Of a stretch of 64,000 bases of DNA, positions 8,373 through 17,548 are shown in pieces. The translations under genes and the position numbers were made by a program. The first letter of the stretch is position 1. Every line of letters begins with the position of its first letter. Source of the stretch: Desulfobulbus sp. (GTDB lineage Bacteria; Desulfobacterota; Desulfobulbia; Desulfobulbales; Desulfobulbaceae); the NCBI GenBank assembly GCA_009778955.1, contig WRFD01000001.1:2105-66104 (forward strand), given 5' to 3'. The notes beneath the pieces are model-generated. The model did not search any database and was not told the DNA's origin. It saw only the letters and a list, made by a program, of their open reading frames with translations.

Positions 8373-11300
8373 ATGCGCATAGTGTGTGCCTTTTTGTCCA
8401 TACTCTTTCTTTTCCTGCTCGGATCGTGCAAAACCGGGCAGGAAACAGGCAAAAAAATGTCAACGTATCGTGATGTTCCAGGGGTTACGGAACATGAAAG
8501 AGCAGCTATTGAAAATATAATAAACAAGAGAAAAGAGCTTGTTTACGGAGTAAATCGAACAACAGAGTCCTTTCTTGATGAAAATAATGAGATCGAAGGA
8601 TTCTCGAAATTATTATGCGACCGACTCTCCTCTCTCTTTGGTATTCGCTTTTCTCCGCGCATATACGGATGGGATGAGCTCAATGATAAATTAAAAGAAA
8701 ATGAAATAGATTTTACTGGAGAGTTGAGTCCTAATCCAGAAAGGGTGAAAATGTATCATATGACAAGACCGATGATACAAAGGACTATTAAGATATTTAC
8801 CAATAGAAATTCAGATAAAATATCTGTTATTGCCAAGGAGAGACCAATAAAAGCCGCTTTTCTGTCGGGAAGCACGACGTACGATATGGTCAAGAGCTCA
8901 TGGCATTATCAATTTGAGCCAATGTTTATACCCAATGAAAACGAAGTGATCGATCTTCTTAAAAACAATTCTATAGATTGCTATATAGACGAGAACTCTG
9001 TTGAATCAATATTTGACTATTATGACTTTGTAAAATCTGAAGATTATTTTCCTTTTATTTATTCTCCATTATCGATAACAACAAATAATAAAGAGCTTCA
9101 GCCGTTTATATCTGTTATCCAGAAATACATTGATGCTGGAGGAATTTACGATATATCTTCACTGTACAGGCAGGGAAATGAAAAATATTCGAGATATAAA
9201 ATAAAGAAATTTCTTACCGATGAAGAGAAAAAATATATCCAGCAACATAACTCGATTGAAACCGCTATCCCGGTCGGTTTTGAAAACGATAACTACCCCA
9301 TCTCTTTCTACAACTCAAAAGATAGAGCTTTCCAGGGCATAGCCCATGACGTGCTCCAGGAGGTCACACGCCTTACCGGCCTGCGTTTCAAGGTCGCCAA
9401 TGCACCAGAGGTCAATTGGGAGGAACTGCTGTTAATGTTGAAAAACAACGAGGTAGCCCTGGTTACCGAGCTGCTCCGCACCAAGCGCCGGCAAGGAAAT
9501 TTTCTCTGGCTCAATGCGCCCAACTGTATGGACAACTATGCGTTGTTATCCAGGTCCGACTTTTCCGATGTGGACATCAACGAAATCATGCGGATGAGTG
9601 TGGGGCTGGTGAGTGCAACGGCCCAAGCCGAACTGTTTCACGAATGGTTTCCGGAGGGAGTGCGCACCCGCGCCTATATTTCTTATTCCGATGCCTTTCA
9701 AGCGCTTGAACAAGGCGAGATCGACCTGTTGATGGGAACCAAGAATTTGCTGCTCTCCCTGACGAACTACCTGGAAAAGCCGGGATTTAAGGCGAACATC
9801 GTGTTCCAGTATCCCGCTCTTTCCGAATTCGGCCTCAACAAAAACGAGGTGATGCTGCAATCCATCCTGAATAAGGCGCAGCGCTACATCGATCTGGACG
9901 GCATTGCGGAACGGTGGCAACGCAAGGTGTTCGACTACAACAGCAAGTTGCTGAAAGACATGATGCCGTTCATGGTCTCCGCTCTTCTCTTGCTGGTGCT
10001 GGGCTTTTCCTCCGTTGTTCTTCTGCTGGTCAAGAATCGGAGAATGAGCAAAAACCTGGAGATCATTGTCGCTGTGCGTACCCGCGAATTGGAACAGGCC
10101 AGCCGGGCGAAAAGCGATTTCCTCTCCCGCATGAGTCATGAGATGCGCACGCCCATGAATGCCATCATCGGCATGGGGAAGATCGCCGAACACTCTGACG
10201 ACACGGCAAAGCTCCGCTACTGTCTTGATGCCATCAGCGCGTCTGCTGCCCACTTGCTGAGATTGATTAACGACATCCTTGACATGTCCAAGATTGAGGC
10301 CGGTAAGTTTGAACTGAGCAACGGGCCGCTGAATCTTGAAGAAATGCTGATCAAGATCTGCAACCTGATCGTCGACAGAACCGAGCAAAAACACCAACGA
10401 CTCCGGGTGCGGTTCGACCTGAATCTGCACCGGAGCTATACGGGCGATGAACTCCGCCTTTCCCAAGTGATCACCAATTTGCTGGCCAACGCAGTCAAAT
10501 TTACGCCGGACAGCGGCGAAATCAGCCTGTCCGCGGTGGAATGCATCCGCAAGGGCGACCGGAGCGTTCTCCGTTTCACGGTGGCGGACACCGGCATCGG
10601 CATGATGCCAGAGCAGATCGCCCGTCTGTTCAACCCCTTTGAGCAGGCAGATACCAGCATTGCCGCCCGTTTTGGCGGCACGGGCCTGGGGTTGGCCATA
10701 TCGAAGACCATCGTGGAAAAGATGCACGGCCGAATGTGGGTGGAGTCGCAGCCGGGTCGAGGCTCAACCTTCTTTTTCGAGGCGGAACTTGAACGCCGCC
10801 CGTCCAATGACGCCCCTCGGTTCATAGGTGAGATCCGGCCCGGAAACATGCGCCTTTTGGTGGTAAGCGGCGATGAGGAAACCCTTGCCCTGTTCCGGGC
10901 GGTTGCCGAAACCCTCGGTATCGGCGACTACCGCACCGCTGACAGCGGCGATGCAGCCGCCGGGCTGCTTGGTTCGGCGAACGCGGCCGGACAACCCTAC
11001 AACGCCATCTTTATCGATGCGCAGCTTCCCGACATGTCTTGCCTGGAACTGCTACTGCGGCTACAGGGACAGGTGCGCCCGGAAACCGTTACGGTGACGG
11101 CGCCGTTTTCGGAGTGGTCCAAGATGGAACTGGCCGCAGCGGAACTCGGTCTCACCCGTTTTTTGGCCATTCCTCTGTTTCCCTCCCTCATCGCTAAGGC
11201 TGTCCGGGAGACGGTTGAAGGTGGGGAACGCAAGGTGGCGGCAGCGGAAGATCAGCCTACCCGGAAAGTTCCCGACTTTTCCCGCGTTTCCCTGCTGTTG

Positions 11301-11684
11301 GCCGAGGATGTGGCGCTCAACCGCGAAATTTTTGTCGCTCTGCTGGAGCAGACAGGCATTCAGATCGACACGGCGGCTGACGGCCTTGAGGCGACCCGGA
11401 TGTTTGAGCGGCAGCCCGACCGCTACGACCTCGTGGTCATGGACCTGCAAATGCCAGTGATGGATGGATTCGAAGCGACCCGCACCATTCGGAACATGGC
11501 CCATCCGCACGCCCAAACCGTCCCCATTATCGCCATGACCGCCAACGTGTTCAAGGAAGACATCGACAAGTGCCTGGCAAGCGGCATGAACGACCACATG
11601 CCCAAACCCATTGACGAACAGGTGGTTTTGGAAAAAATCAGCCTGGCGCTGCGCTCGTTTCCGCAGCTTGATCACGATCGTTAG
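8373..11684 (+). CDS. Hybrid sensor histidine kinase/response regulator with two periplasmic solute-binding (SBP_bac_3-like) domains
   Basis: Start set at the ATG at 8373, which gives a signal/lipobox-like N-terminus MRIVCAFLSILFLFLLGSC. Domain order: two SBP-like modules, a TM segment (MMPFMVSALLLLVLGFSSVVLLLV), HisKA (FLSRMSHEMRTPMN), HATPase (GTGLGLAISK), a degenerate receiver and a canonical receiver (VVMDLQMPVMDG ... PKP). Confidence 0.85.
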   Translation: MRIVCAFLSILFLFLLGSCKTGQETGKKMSTYRDVPGVTEHERAAIENIINKRKELVYGVNRTTESFLDENNEIEGFSKLLCDRLSSLFGIRFSPRIYGWDELNDKLKENEIDFTGELSPNPERVKMYHMTRPMIQRTIKIFTNRNSDKISVIAKERPIKAAFLSGSTTYDMVKSSWHYQFEPMFIPNENEVIDLLKNNSIDCYIDENSVESIFDYYDFVKSEDYFPFIYSPLSITTNNKELQPFISVIQKYIDAGGIYDISSLYRQGNEKYSRYKIKKFLTDEEKKYIQQHNSIETAIPVGFENDNYPISFYNSKDRAFQGIAHDVLQEVTRLTGLRFKVANAPEVNWEELLLMLKNNEVALVTELLRTKRRQGNFLWLNAPNCMDNYALLSRSDFSDVDINEIMRMSVGLVSATAQAELFHEWFPEGVRTRAYISYSDAFQALEQGEIDLLMGTKNLLLSLTNYLEKPGFKANIVFQYPALSEFGLNKNEVMLQSILNKAQRYIDLDGIAERWQRKVFDYNSKLLKDMMPFMVSALLLLVLGFSSVVLLLVKNRRMSKNLEIIVAVRTRELEQASRAKSDFLSRMSHEMRTPMNAIIGMGKIAEHSDDTAKLRYCLDAISASAAHLLRLINDILDMSKIEAGKFELSNGPLNLEEMLIKICNLIVDRTEQKHQRLRVRFDLNLHRSYTGDELRLSQVITNLLANAVKFTPDSGEISLSAVECIRKGDRSVLRFTVADTGIGMMPEQIARLFNPFEQADTSIAARFGGTGLGLAISKTIVEKMHGRMWVESQPGRGSTFFFEAELERRPSNDAPRFIGEIRPGNMRLLVVSGDEETLALFRAVAETLGIGDYRTADSGDAAAGLLGSANAAGQPYNAIFIDAQLPDMSCLELLLRLQGQVRPETVTVTAPFSEWSKMELAAAELGLTRFLAIPLFPSLIAKAVRETVEGGERKVAAAEDQPTRKVPDFSRVSLLLAEDVALNREIFVALLEQTGIQIDTAADGLEATRMFERQPDRYDLVVMDLQMPVMDGFEATRTIRNMAHPHAQTVPIIAMTANVFKEDIDKCLASGMNDHMPKPIDEQVVLEKISLALRSFPQLDHDR

Positions 11685-11733
11685 GCCGCTGCCTGCGGCA
11701 TCGGATTTGTGGGAGAGGAGAGTTTGGAAGGGT

Positions 11734-11780
11734 GAGGGTATCCCGGTTCAGCGCGCCGAACCGGGATACCCTCGTTTTTC
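11734..11780. terminator. Bidirectional hairpin terminator between the convergent kinase and rubredoxin genes
   Basis: Perfect 16-bp stem GAGGGTATCCCGGTTC / GAACCGGGATACCCTC with an 8-nt loop, followed by GTTTTT on the + strand. Confidence 0.75.
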
Positions 11781-11796
11781 AGGGGTCGGGCGAAGA

Positions 11797-11955
11797 TCAA
11801 GCCTCTTCGAACTGATCCTTGTCGGCCTCGCAGATCGGACAGGTCCAATCATCGGGAATGCTCTCGAAGGCGGTGCCGGGGGCAACGCCGTTGTCAGGAT
11901 CTCCCTTGGCCGGGTCATATTCGTATCCGCAGACGACACAGGTATATTTTTTCAT
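11797..11955 (-). CDS. rub: Rubredoxin
   Basis: Not in the ORF track because it is under 60 aa. Reverse strand translates [52 protein letters not shown] (52 aa). Both CxxCG / CPxC knuckles are present. It lies directly downstream of dfx. Confidence 0.9.
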   Translation of the reverse strand: MKKYTCVVCGYEYDPAKGDPDNGVAPGTAFESIPDDWTCPICEADKDQFEEA

Positions 11956-11985
11956 TGTCGTTTCCTTTCTCGGGTTGAATTGGAA

Positions 11986-12360
11986 TCAGGCCTTCCACAG
12001 ACCGTGCAGGTTGCAATATTCACGGGCGGATACCTTGTCCGCCTGGACACAGAAGACGGCTTCGGGGGCTTGGCCCGGATCGAGATTCTGGCGATAGACC
12101 TTGCCGTCGGCAATCAGTTCGATGAACTCGATCCAGTGCTTTTCTTCCATGACATGGGGAGCGGAGCCAACCGAGACCTTGTAGCCCTCAGCCACTTTGG
12201 AAATCACGGGCACGTGCTTTTCCTTGGCGGCATCGACGGTGTTTTCAGCCATCAGGGCCATGACCTTGCCGCAGCAGACCAATTCTCCCGCCCCGGCATG
12301 AAGGACCTCAACAATATTGCCGCAGAGGATGCATTTGTACACTTCGTTTTTCTGGGTCAT
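11986..12360 (-). CDS. dfx: Desulfoferrodoxin (2Fe superoxide reductase)
   Basis: N-terminal desulforedoxin-like [10 protein letters not shown]...CCG plus a neelaredoxin domain ending CNLHGLW. Shows the classic dfx(rbo)-rub arrangement. Confidence 0.9.
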   Translation of the reverse strand: MTQKNEVYKCILCGNIVEVLHAGAGELVCCGKVMALMAENTVDAAKEKHVPVISKVAEGYKVSVGSAPHVMEEKHWIEFIELIADGKVYRQNLDPGQAPEAVFCVQADKVSAREYCNLHGLWKA

Positions 12361-12536
12361 GATGGCTCGTTCCTCCTGGTGGATTAAGAAAATTATGCGG
12401 GCAGAGGCGCTCTACGCCTCCAAAAAAAAACCGGCATGAACATCCCAAACAATAAACATCTCTTTTGGCGGGGAAAGGGGCATTTCCTCCCTTTCCCAAC
12501 TTTATGGCGAACATTGACAGCGGCGTCGACGCAGGG

Positions 12537-13130
12537 TCATCCGGTGTGTGTGGACAGATACTCGGCGACTCCGGCCGCGGTGGGTTTCATGGCCTTTTGG
12601 CCTTCCTCCCAGTTGGCCGGACAGACATCGCCGTGCTTTTCATGAAATTGCAGAGCGGTGACTAAGCGCAGGGTCTCGTCGATATTGCGTCCTAACGGTA
12701 GGTCGTTGACGGCAGCGTGGCGGACAATGCCGTCGCGATCGATCAGGAAAGTGCCGCGCAGGGCCATGCCCTCGTCAAGCAGCACCCTGTACTGGCGGGA
12801 AATGCTCTTGTCGAGATCGGCAACCAGCGGAAACTGGATATTGCCGATGCCTCCCAGAGTGATCGGAGTGTTTTTCCATGCCCAATGGGAGAATTGGGAA
12901 TCGATCGAAACGCCAATAATTTCGCAGTTCTTTGCCTTGAATTTCGGCAAGTATTTATCGAATGCCAAAATTTCAGACGGGCACACGAAGGTGAAATCCA
13001 GGGGGTAGAAAAACAAGATAACGTATTTTCCCCGGTAATCAGCCAGGCTGAAATTCGCCTTCATGGAATTGTCGGGCATGACGGCGGTGGCGGAAAAATC
13101 CGGTGCCTTGCGGGTCACTAAAAAACTCAT
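12537..13130 (-). CDS. ahpC: 2-Cys peroxiredoxin (AhpC/Prx1 type)
   Basis: Peroxidatic Cys context [15 protein letters not shown] and a resolving Cys near the C-terminus (HGDVCPANW). Confidence 0.9.
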   Translation of the reverse strand: MSFLVTRKAPDFSATAVMPDNSMKANFSLADYRGKYVILFFYPLDFTFVCPSEILAFDKYLPKFKAKNCEIIGVSIDSQFSHWAWKNTPITLGGIGNIQFPLVADLDKSISRQYRVLLDEGMALRGTFLIDRDGIVRHAAVNDLPLGRNIDETLRLVTALQFHEKHGDVCPANWEEGQKAMKPTAAGVAEYLSTHTG

Positions 13131-13175
13131 GAATTGATCTCCTGATAAAAACGCGGTGAGGGATGGTGCGGATGC

Positions 13176-13832
13176 TTATCCGAGCGCTTCCTTGCCCTGA
13201 TCGGTGATCGCGTATTGGCAACGTGCGGGGCTGGCAACATATCCTTTGTTTTTCAGGGCGGTGATCTGGCAGCTGATTTGCTTGGCCCCCAGGCCGGTTG
13301 TGCCAGCCAGCTCCTTGCTGCCGCAGGCGCCTGCGCTGTTGGCAAGGGCTTGCAGGACTTGTCGTTGGGTAGGGCTCAGTTTGGGGGCGTTGCAGGATGG
13401 GCAGTGCATGGAATCTTTTTCTTTGGGTTGATGGTCTTCTTGCTGACGCATGCATTGTGGACACAGGCCTGAGAATTCGATCCGGCGGCCGGTGATCCGG
13501 TATTCCTGTTTGGGCATCGACTCTATCTGGGGCGCCGGTGTGGTCAGGGTGATATTGTCGATCCGTTGGCATTGGATGCAGTGCACGTGGTCGTGGTCAT
13601 CCGGATCCCAGTCGAACCGTTTCTGGCGGCCACTGATCTCCAATTTCTTGATCAAGCCCGACGCGGACAGTATTTCCAGGTTCCGGTAGACCGTGGCCAG
13701 ACTCACCCGCGGCAGTTTCTTTTTGATCCGTTCATACAGTTCATCGGCCGTCGGATGGGTTTTGCCCCGGCGCAACTCGTCGAGGATGACCTCGCGTTGA
13801 TGCGTCATGCGCAACTGCTTATCCATATCCAC
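13176..13832 (-). CDS. Fur-family (PerR-like) regulator with an additional C-terminal winged-helix-like module
   Basis: Residues 1 to about 135 form a complete Fur fold (SLATVYRNLEIL, DHDHVHCIQC, CPQC). A further ~80 aa (CPSC...LSPTQRQVLQAL...SKELAGTTGLGAKQISCQITALKNKGYV...ITDQGKEAL) read as a second wHTH. Confidence 0.8.
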   Translation of the reverse strand: MDMDKQLRMTHQREVILDELRRGKTHPTADELYERIKKKLPRVSLATVYRNLEILSASGLIKKLEISGRQKRFDWDPDDHDHVHCIQCQRIDNITLTTPAPQIESMPKQEYRITGRRIEFSGLCPQCMRQQEDHQPKEKDSMHCPSCNAPKLSPTQRQVLQALANSAGACGSKELAGTTGLGAKQISCQITALKNKGYVASPARCQYAITDQGKEALG

Positions 13833-13855
13833 CCTTTGAAAATTTTTATCAGAAG

Positions 13856-13868
13856 TAATTGATAATTA
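13856..13868. promoter_or_regulatory. Fur/PerR-box-like AT-rich inverted repeat upstream of the Fur-family gene
   Basis: TAATTGATAATTA (arms TAATT/AATTA with a 3-nt spacer), 24-36 nt upstream of the start at 13832. Pattern only. Confidence 0.35.
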
Positions 13869-13969
13869 TTCGTATGTCAAGGTGGGAGGCTGAAAAATAA
13901 TTTCCCTTTTTGGCCTAACTTTTGTTTAACAGCGTGAAGCGGAAGACAGGCTCAGACATTAATCTCAAC

Positions 13970-14150
13970 TTTTTCCAGCACCATTGTTATATCACGGCCC
14001 CTGCTCCCCAGGTGCGTTGCCTGGAGCATGGAGTGAAACAGATCAAGGCGCCCTTGGGTGCGAAGGGAGCCGAAAAGTCAATCTCCAGGCCAAGCCCCTC
14101 CCGCGTGCAGTCATTGATGACCTCCACAAACCAGCCGTCCTGAAACGAAA
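13970..14150 (+). pseudogene. ISL3-family transposase ghost, N-terminal zinc-finger region (frameshifted)
   Basis: NFFQHHCYITAPAPQVRCLEHGVKQIKAP... matches, from memory, the NFFEHECYLHARVPRVxCxxCGVxxxxVPWA region of one ISL3 subgroup. It continues in another frame (GSRKVNL...AVIDDL) and abuts the 3' end of the peptidase gene. Confidence 0.5.
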
Positions 14151-14152
14151 AA

Positions 14153-17086
14153 CTATAACTCGGTCGTCTCGTTGAACAAATCGCTATCCTGCTCGATCTT
14201 CTCCCTGCTGCCAATGGTGGCCCGATAGCGGGTTGCTTGCAATTGTTGAAACAAGGGCGCAAAAGCACGCAGATCAGAGGTGGTGGTCCGCACGATCTCC
14301 TCGATTCGCTGCTGCCGGAAGGCCGGCGTGATTCCGGCCAGATAGTCGTTGCGGGCGGCGGCTCCCCTAGAGCCCGGTCCCTGATGCGGATTGGCGGAAC
14401 CGTAGGCGCCGGTGACCAGTTGCTGCAACGATTCGACGGACAGGCTGTCCAGGCCGTTGATTGCCGCGGGCAGCGCTTCATAGGCCTCGAAGGTCTTCCT
14501 CACCTGCGGGTCGCGGTAGCTAATCATGCCGAAGTTGCCGGTGAGGTGGTTGAACTGGATGAAGCAGCCGTAGGCGCCGCCCATCTGCCGCACCGTATTC
14601 CAGAGGTAATCACGCGACATCCAGGTGCGGAGCACCTCGAAGGAGCCGTTGTATTGGTTGGAATCGGGAAACAAGTTGCACACCTGGACATTGTAGACAA
14701 CCTCGGCCGAGGTGGTGAAGGCCTCGGTGGCCGGCGCCCGCTCAAACTGCGGCTGGACCGGCGTGCGCCGCGTATCGACAAGCGTATTGACCACCCCCTG
14801 TCCCAGCCGCTGGAAACGGCGGATGTCGTCGTCCTGGGCTGTGATCGCCACCACCAACCCCTGACGCAGGAACAGCAAATCGCGGAGCCGGCGCAGGGCA
14901 TCGTGGAGTTTGTCCTCGTTGTCCAGGTAATGGCCGGTCAGGTGGCGCAAGTGCAGGTAGGCGTGGATGCCGTGCACATGCTCGTAATATTTGCCGGCCC
15001 GGCTCAAGTGGGAAAAGGCCCGGGTCGCGGCCAGCGAATGACCTTCGCTCTGGGCCGAATGTTCAGCCCAGGCGAATTCCCGGTGGACGATCTCCTCGAT
15101 GTGGTGTTCGTCGGAAAAATCGACCTCGGTCAGCACCTCGGTCAACAGGGCCAGGGCCTGCTCTAGATAGGAGGACAACGCCTTGACGTGCAGCCAGAAG
15201 ATCGGCCGGATCTGGCTGCGGTCGTCGGCCCGTACGTGCACCTGGAAGGAATGGGTAAAGTCGCCGGTGCACAGGTTGATAGCCTTGGCGAACTGCATGT
15301 AATCTTTGCGCGCAGTCCCGATCTCGGTGATGATGGTGCCGAACAAATCTAGGTACGGCAGCAGATCCGCCGGTACCGCCGAACAGTCGAAGCCGAAATC
15401 GAGATAACAGATGCCGTTGGTCTCCAGATCGCTGACCAGCAACTCGGCCTCGGCCAGGCGGTCGGGCCGCACCGCGTGAAACGGCGGCCGCAGGTCAAGG
15501 TCGCCCAGACCCAGTCTCGGCAGCAGCCGCAGTTCCTCGGCCGAATTGGGCCTCGCCTGCAGGGCCATCAACTCACGGGTGCGCTCCATCAACCGGATGC
15601 GGCCGTCCTGGTCGAGCGAGCGGGAAAAGGTGGCCAGGCGCTCCTGCTCCTCTTGCAGATTCTTGCCCATCTTTTCGGGATCGGGCGCCAGTGAAACCGT
15701 GACTGTGGCCGGATTGTCTAGCAGATAGGTGCGGATCAGGCGCTCAAAATAGCCGTTTTCAAGGCACTCCCTGCGGATCTCGGCCAGGAGGGCATCGATT
15801 CGTAAGGCGTCGAAGGGCGCGACCACGCCGTGTTTGAGGGCTGGCAGCGTCTTGTTGATCAGGTCCAGACCGCGCTGGGCCTTATTCATCTCTTCCCGCA
15901 CCATGAACTCGTACTTGTTCAATTCCGAGAGCATCAAGTCCCGATCCAGGCCCTGTTCGACCATCCGGGTCAAGGTGGATTTGTACAGGGCGAGAAAATG
16001 GTCGCGCTTTGCAGGATCAGTGCCCACCAGATAGGTGATCATCAGGGTCTTGAAACTGGAGTTGGTCAAAAATAATCCCCCGAAATCCTTGCACAAGGCG
16101 GCGTTGAAGATCGCCTTTTTCAGCGGCGAGCCATCGGAGTTGAACAGGATGTTGGCGATGATCTGGAAGGAGGCGTTGAGCTTGCGGTCACGCACCGTGC
16201 CCACCGCCGAACTGATGGCCAAAAAGGTCTTCTGCTCGGTCGGGCTGCCGGGCTGCACCGGATAAGTGTCCTCGATCATCAGCGGCGCGGTGATGGAGTG
16301 CCCTTCCTTGATGGCGGCCTTGGCCACCGGCTGGTCGAACTGTCCCAGGAATCGCTGCTGGACAAAGGCCAACTCCAGGTCAAGGGGGGCGTCACCGTAA
16401 AAAAACAGGGTGCAGTTGGACGGATGGTAGTGCAGGCGGTGGAATTCGACGAACTGGTCATAGCTGAGGTCGGGAATACGCCGGGGATCGCCGCCCGATT
16501 CGTGGATATAGGTGGATTCCGGCATCAGGCCCCTGTAGGTGTGATGGAACAGGGCTCGAATCGGGTCAGAATAGGCGCCCTTCATCTCATTGAGCACCAC
16601 GCCCATAAACTGCACGGGATCGTCGGCGTTCTCGAGGTGGTAGTGCCAGCCTTCCTGCTCAAAGGTCGAGCGAAGCAGGAGCGGGTTGAAGACCACATCG
16701 CAGTACACGTCCATGATGTTGAAATATTCCTTGAGATTCCGGGTGGCAAAGGGATACCAGGTGGTGTCCGCCCCGGTCATGGCGTTGAGAAAGGTCATCA
16801 GCCCGCCTTTGTTGATCTCGCCGAACACGTCCCGGACCGGATACTTCCTTGAGCCCATCAGCACCGAATGTTCGAGGATATGGGCCACGCCGGTGGAATC
16901 CTCGGGCACGGTCATGAAAGAGGCGCAGAAGGTTTTGTTGGCATCCTCGTTCTTGATCGCCAGGGCCTGGCAGCCGAGCACTGAATGGGTGAAGAGCAAG
17001 GCGGTGGAGTTGATCTCGGCGATATATTCTTTCTGTTCGAGCAGAAAGCCGTGGTAGGTCGAGCCGATGGCGAATGCAGAGGTCAT
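14153..17086 (-). CDS. M16-family zinc metallopeptidase (PreP/presequence-protease-like, M16C)
   Basis: 977 aa with the inverted zinc motif HILEHSVLMGS (HxxEH). Size and layout are typical of M16C enzymes. Confidence 0.9.
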   Translation of the reverse strand: MTSAFAIGSTYHGFLLEQKEYIAEINSTALLFTHSVLGCQALAIKNEDANKTFCASFMTVPEDSTGVAHILEHSVLMGSRKYPVRDVFGEINKGGLMTFLNAMTGADTTWYPFATRNLKEYFNIMDVYCDVVFNPLLLRSTFEQEGWHYHLENADDPVQFMGVVLNEMKGAYSDPIRALFHHTYRGLMPESTYIHESGGDPRRIPDLSYDQFVEFHRLHYHPSNCTLFFYGDAPLDLELAFVQQRFLGQFDQPVAKAAIKEGHSITAPLMIEDTYPVQPGSPTEQKTFLAISSAVGTVRDRKLNASFQIIANILFNSDGSPLKKAIFNAALCKDFGGLFLTNSSFKTLMITYLVGTDPAKRDHFLALYKSTLTRMVEQGLDRDLMLSELNKYEFMVREEMNKAQRGLDLINKTLPALKHGVVAPFDALRIDALLAEIRRECLENGYFERLIRTYLLDNPATVTVSLAPDPEKMGKNLQEEQERLATFSRSLDQDGRIRLMERTRELMALQARPNSAEELRLLPRLGLGDLDLRPPFHAVRPDRLAEAELLVSDLETNGICYLDFGFDCSAVPADLLPYLDLFGTIITEIGTARKDYMQFAKAINLCTGDFTHSFQVHVRADDRSQIRPIFWLHVKALSSYLEQALALLTEVLTEVDFSDEHHIEEIVHREFAWAEHSAQSEGHSLAATRAFSHLSRAGKYYEHVHGIHAYLHLRHLTGHYLDNEDKLHDALRRLRDLLFLRQGLVVAITAQDDDIRRFQRLGQGVVNTLVDTRRTPVQPQFERAPATEAFTTSAEVVYNVQVCNLFPDSNQYNGSFEVLRTWMSRDYLWNTVRQMGGAYGCFIQFNHLTGNFGMISYRDPQVRKTFEAYEALPAAINGLDSLSVESLQQLVTGAYGSANPHQGPGSRGAAARNDYLAGITPAFRQQRIEEIVRTTTSDLRAFAPLFQQLQATRYRATIGSREKIEQDSDLFNETTEL

Positions 17087-17098
17087 GGTGCTCCGTTT

Positions 17099-17548
17099 TC
17101 AGAAGGTTTTGTGGGAATCCAACAAAATGGTGACCGGGCCGGAATTTGTCAAGGAGAGCTCCATCCCGGCCTGAAATACACCCGCCTGGACTGCAAGCGA
17201 CCGCTCCCGGCACAAGGCAAGGAACCGGTCGTAGAGCGGGCGGGCCAGATGGGGCGGGGCGGCCTCGTTCCAGGACGGCCGACGGCCCTTGCGGCAGTCG
17301 CCGTGGAGGGTGAACTGAGAGACGACCAGGAGTTGGCCGTCAACCTCGGCCAGGGCGCGGTTCATGACACCTTGCTCGTCGTCAAAAATGCGGAGATTCA
17401 AAATTTTATCAACCATCCAGGCCAAGTCTTGTTCGGTGTCGGTGCGGTGAATGCCGACCAGCACCACCAAGCCGCAACCGATGGCGCCGGCAATCTGGCC
17501 CTCTACCTCGACCTGGGCTCGGCTGACCCGTTGCGCCACCGCTCTCAT
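17099..17548 (-). CDS. dtd: D-aminoacyl-tRNA deacylase
   Basis: The 149-aa MRAVAQRVSRAQVEV...SQFTLHGD...NSGPVTILLDS is canonical Dtd. The track ORF to 17899 is an upstream extension overlapping rsmE. Confidence 0.9.
   Translation of the reverse strand: MRAVAQRVSRAQVEVEGQIAGAIGCGLVVLVGIHRTDTEQDLAWMVDKILNLRIFDDEQGVMNRALAEVDGQLLVVSQFTLHGDCRKGRRPSWNEAAPPHLARPLYDRFLALCRERSLAVQAGVFQAGMELSLTNSGPVTILLDSHKTF

Noticed and set aside
12400-12440. Terminator between ahpC and dfx (GAGGCGC/GCGCCTC hairpin next to a run of A/T).
   Set aside because: On the transcribed (minus) strand the T-run precedes rather than follows the stem. It does not have intrinsic-terminator geometry, so ahpC-dfx read-through is plausible.
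13987-14481. 164-aa reverse ORF and the 13922..14175 forward ORFs as real genes.
   Set aside because: The reverse ORF is out of frame over the 3' end of the M16 peptidase and is Pro/Arg-rich. The forward ORFs are pieces of the ISL3 ghost.
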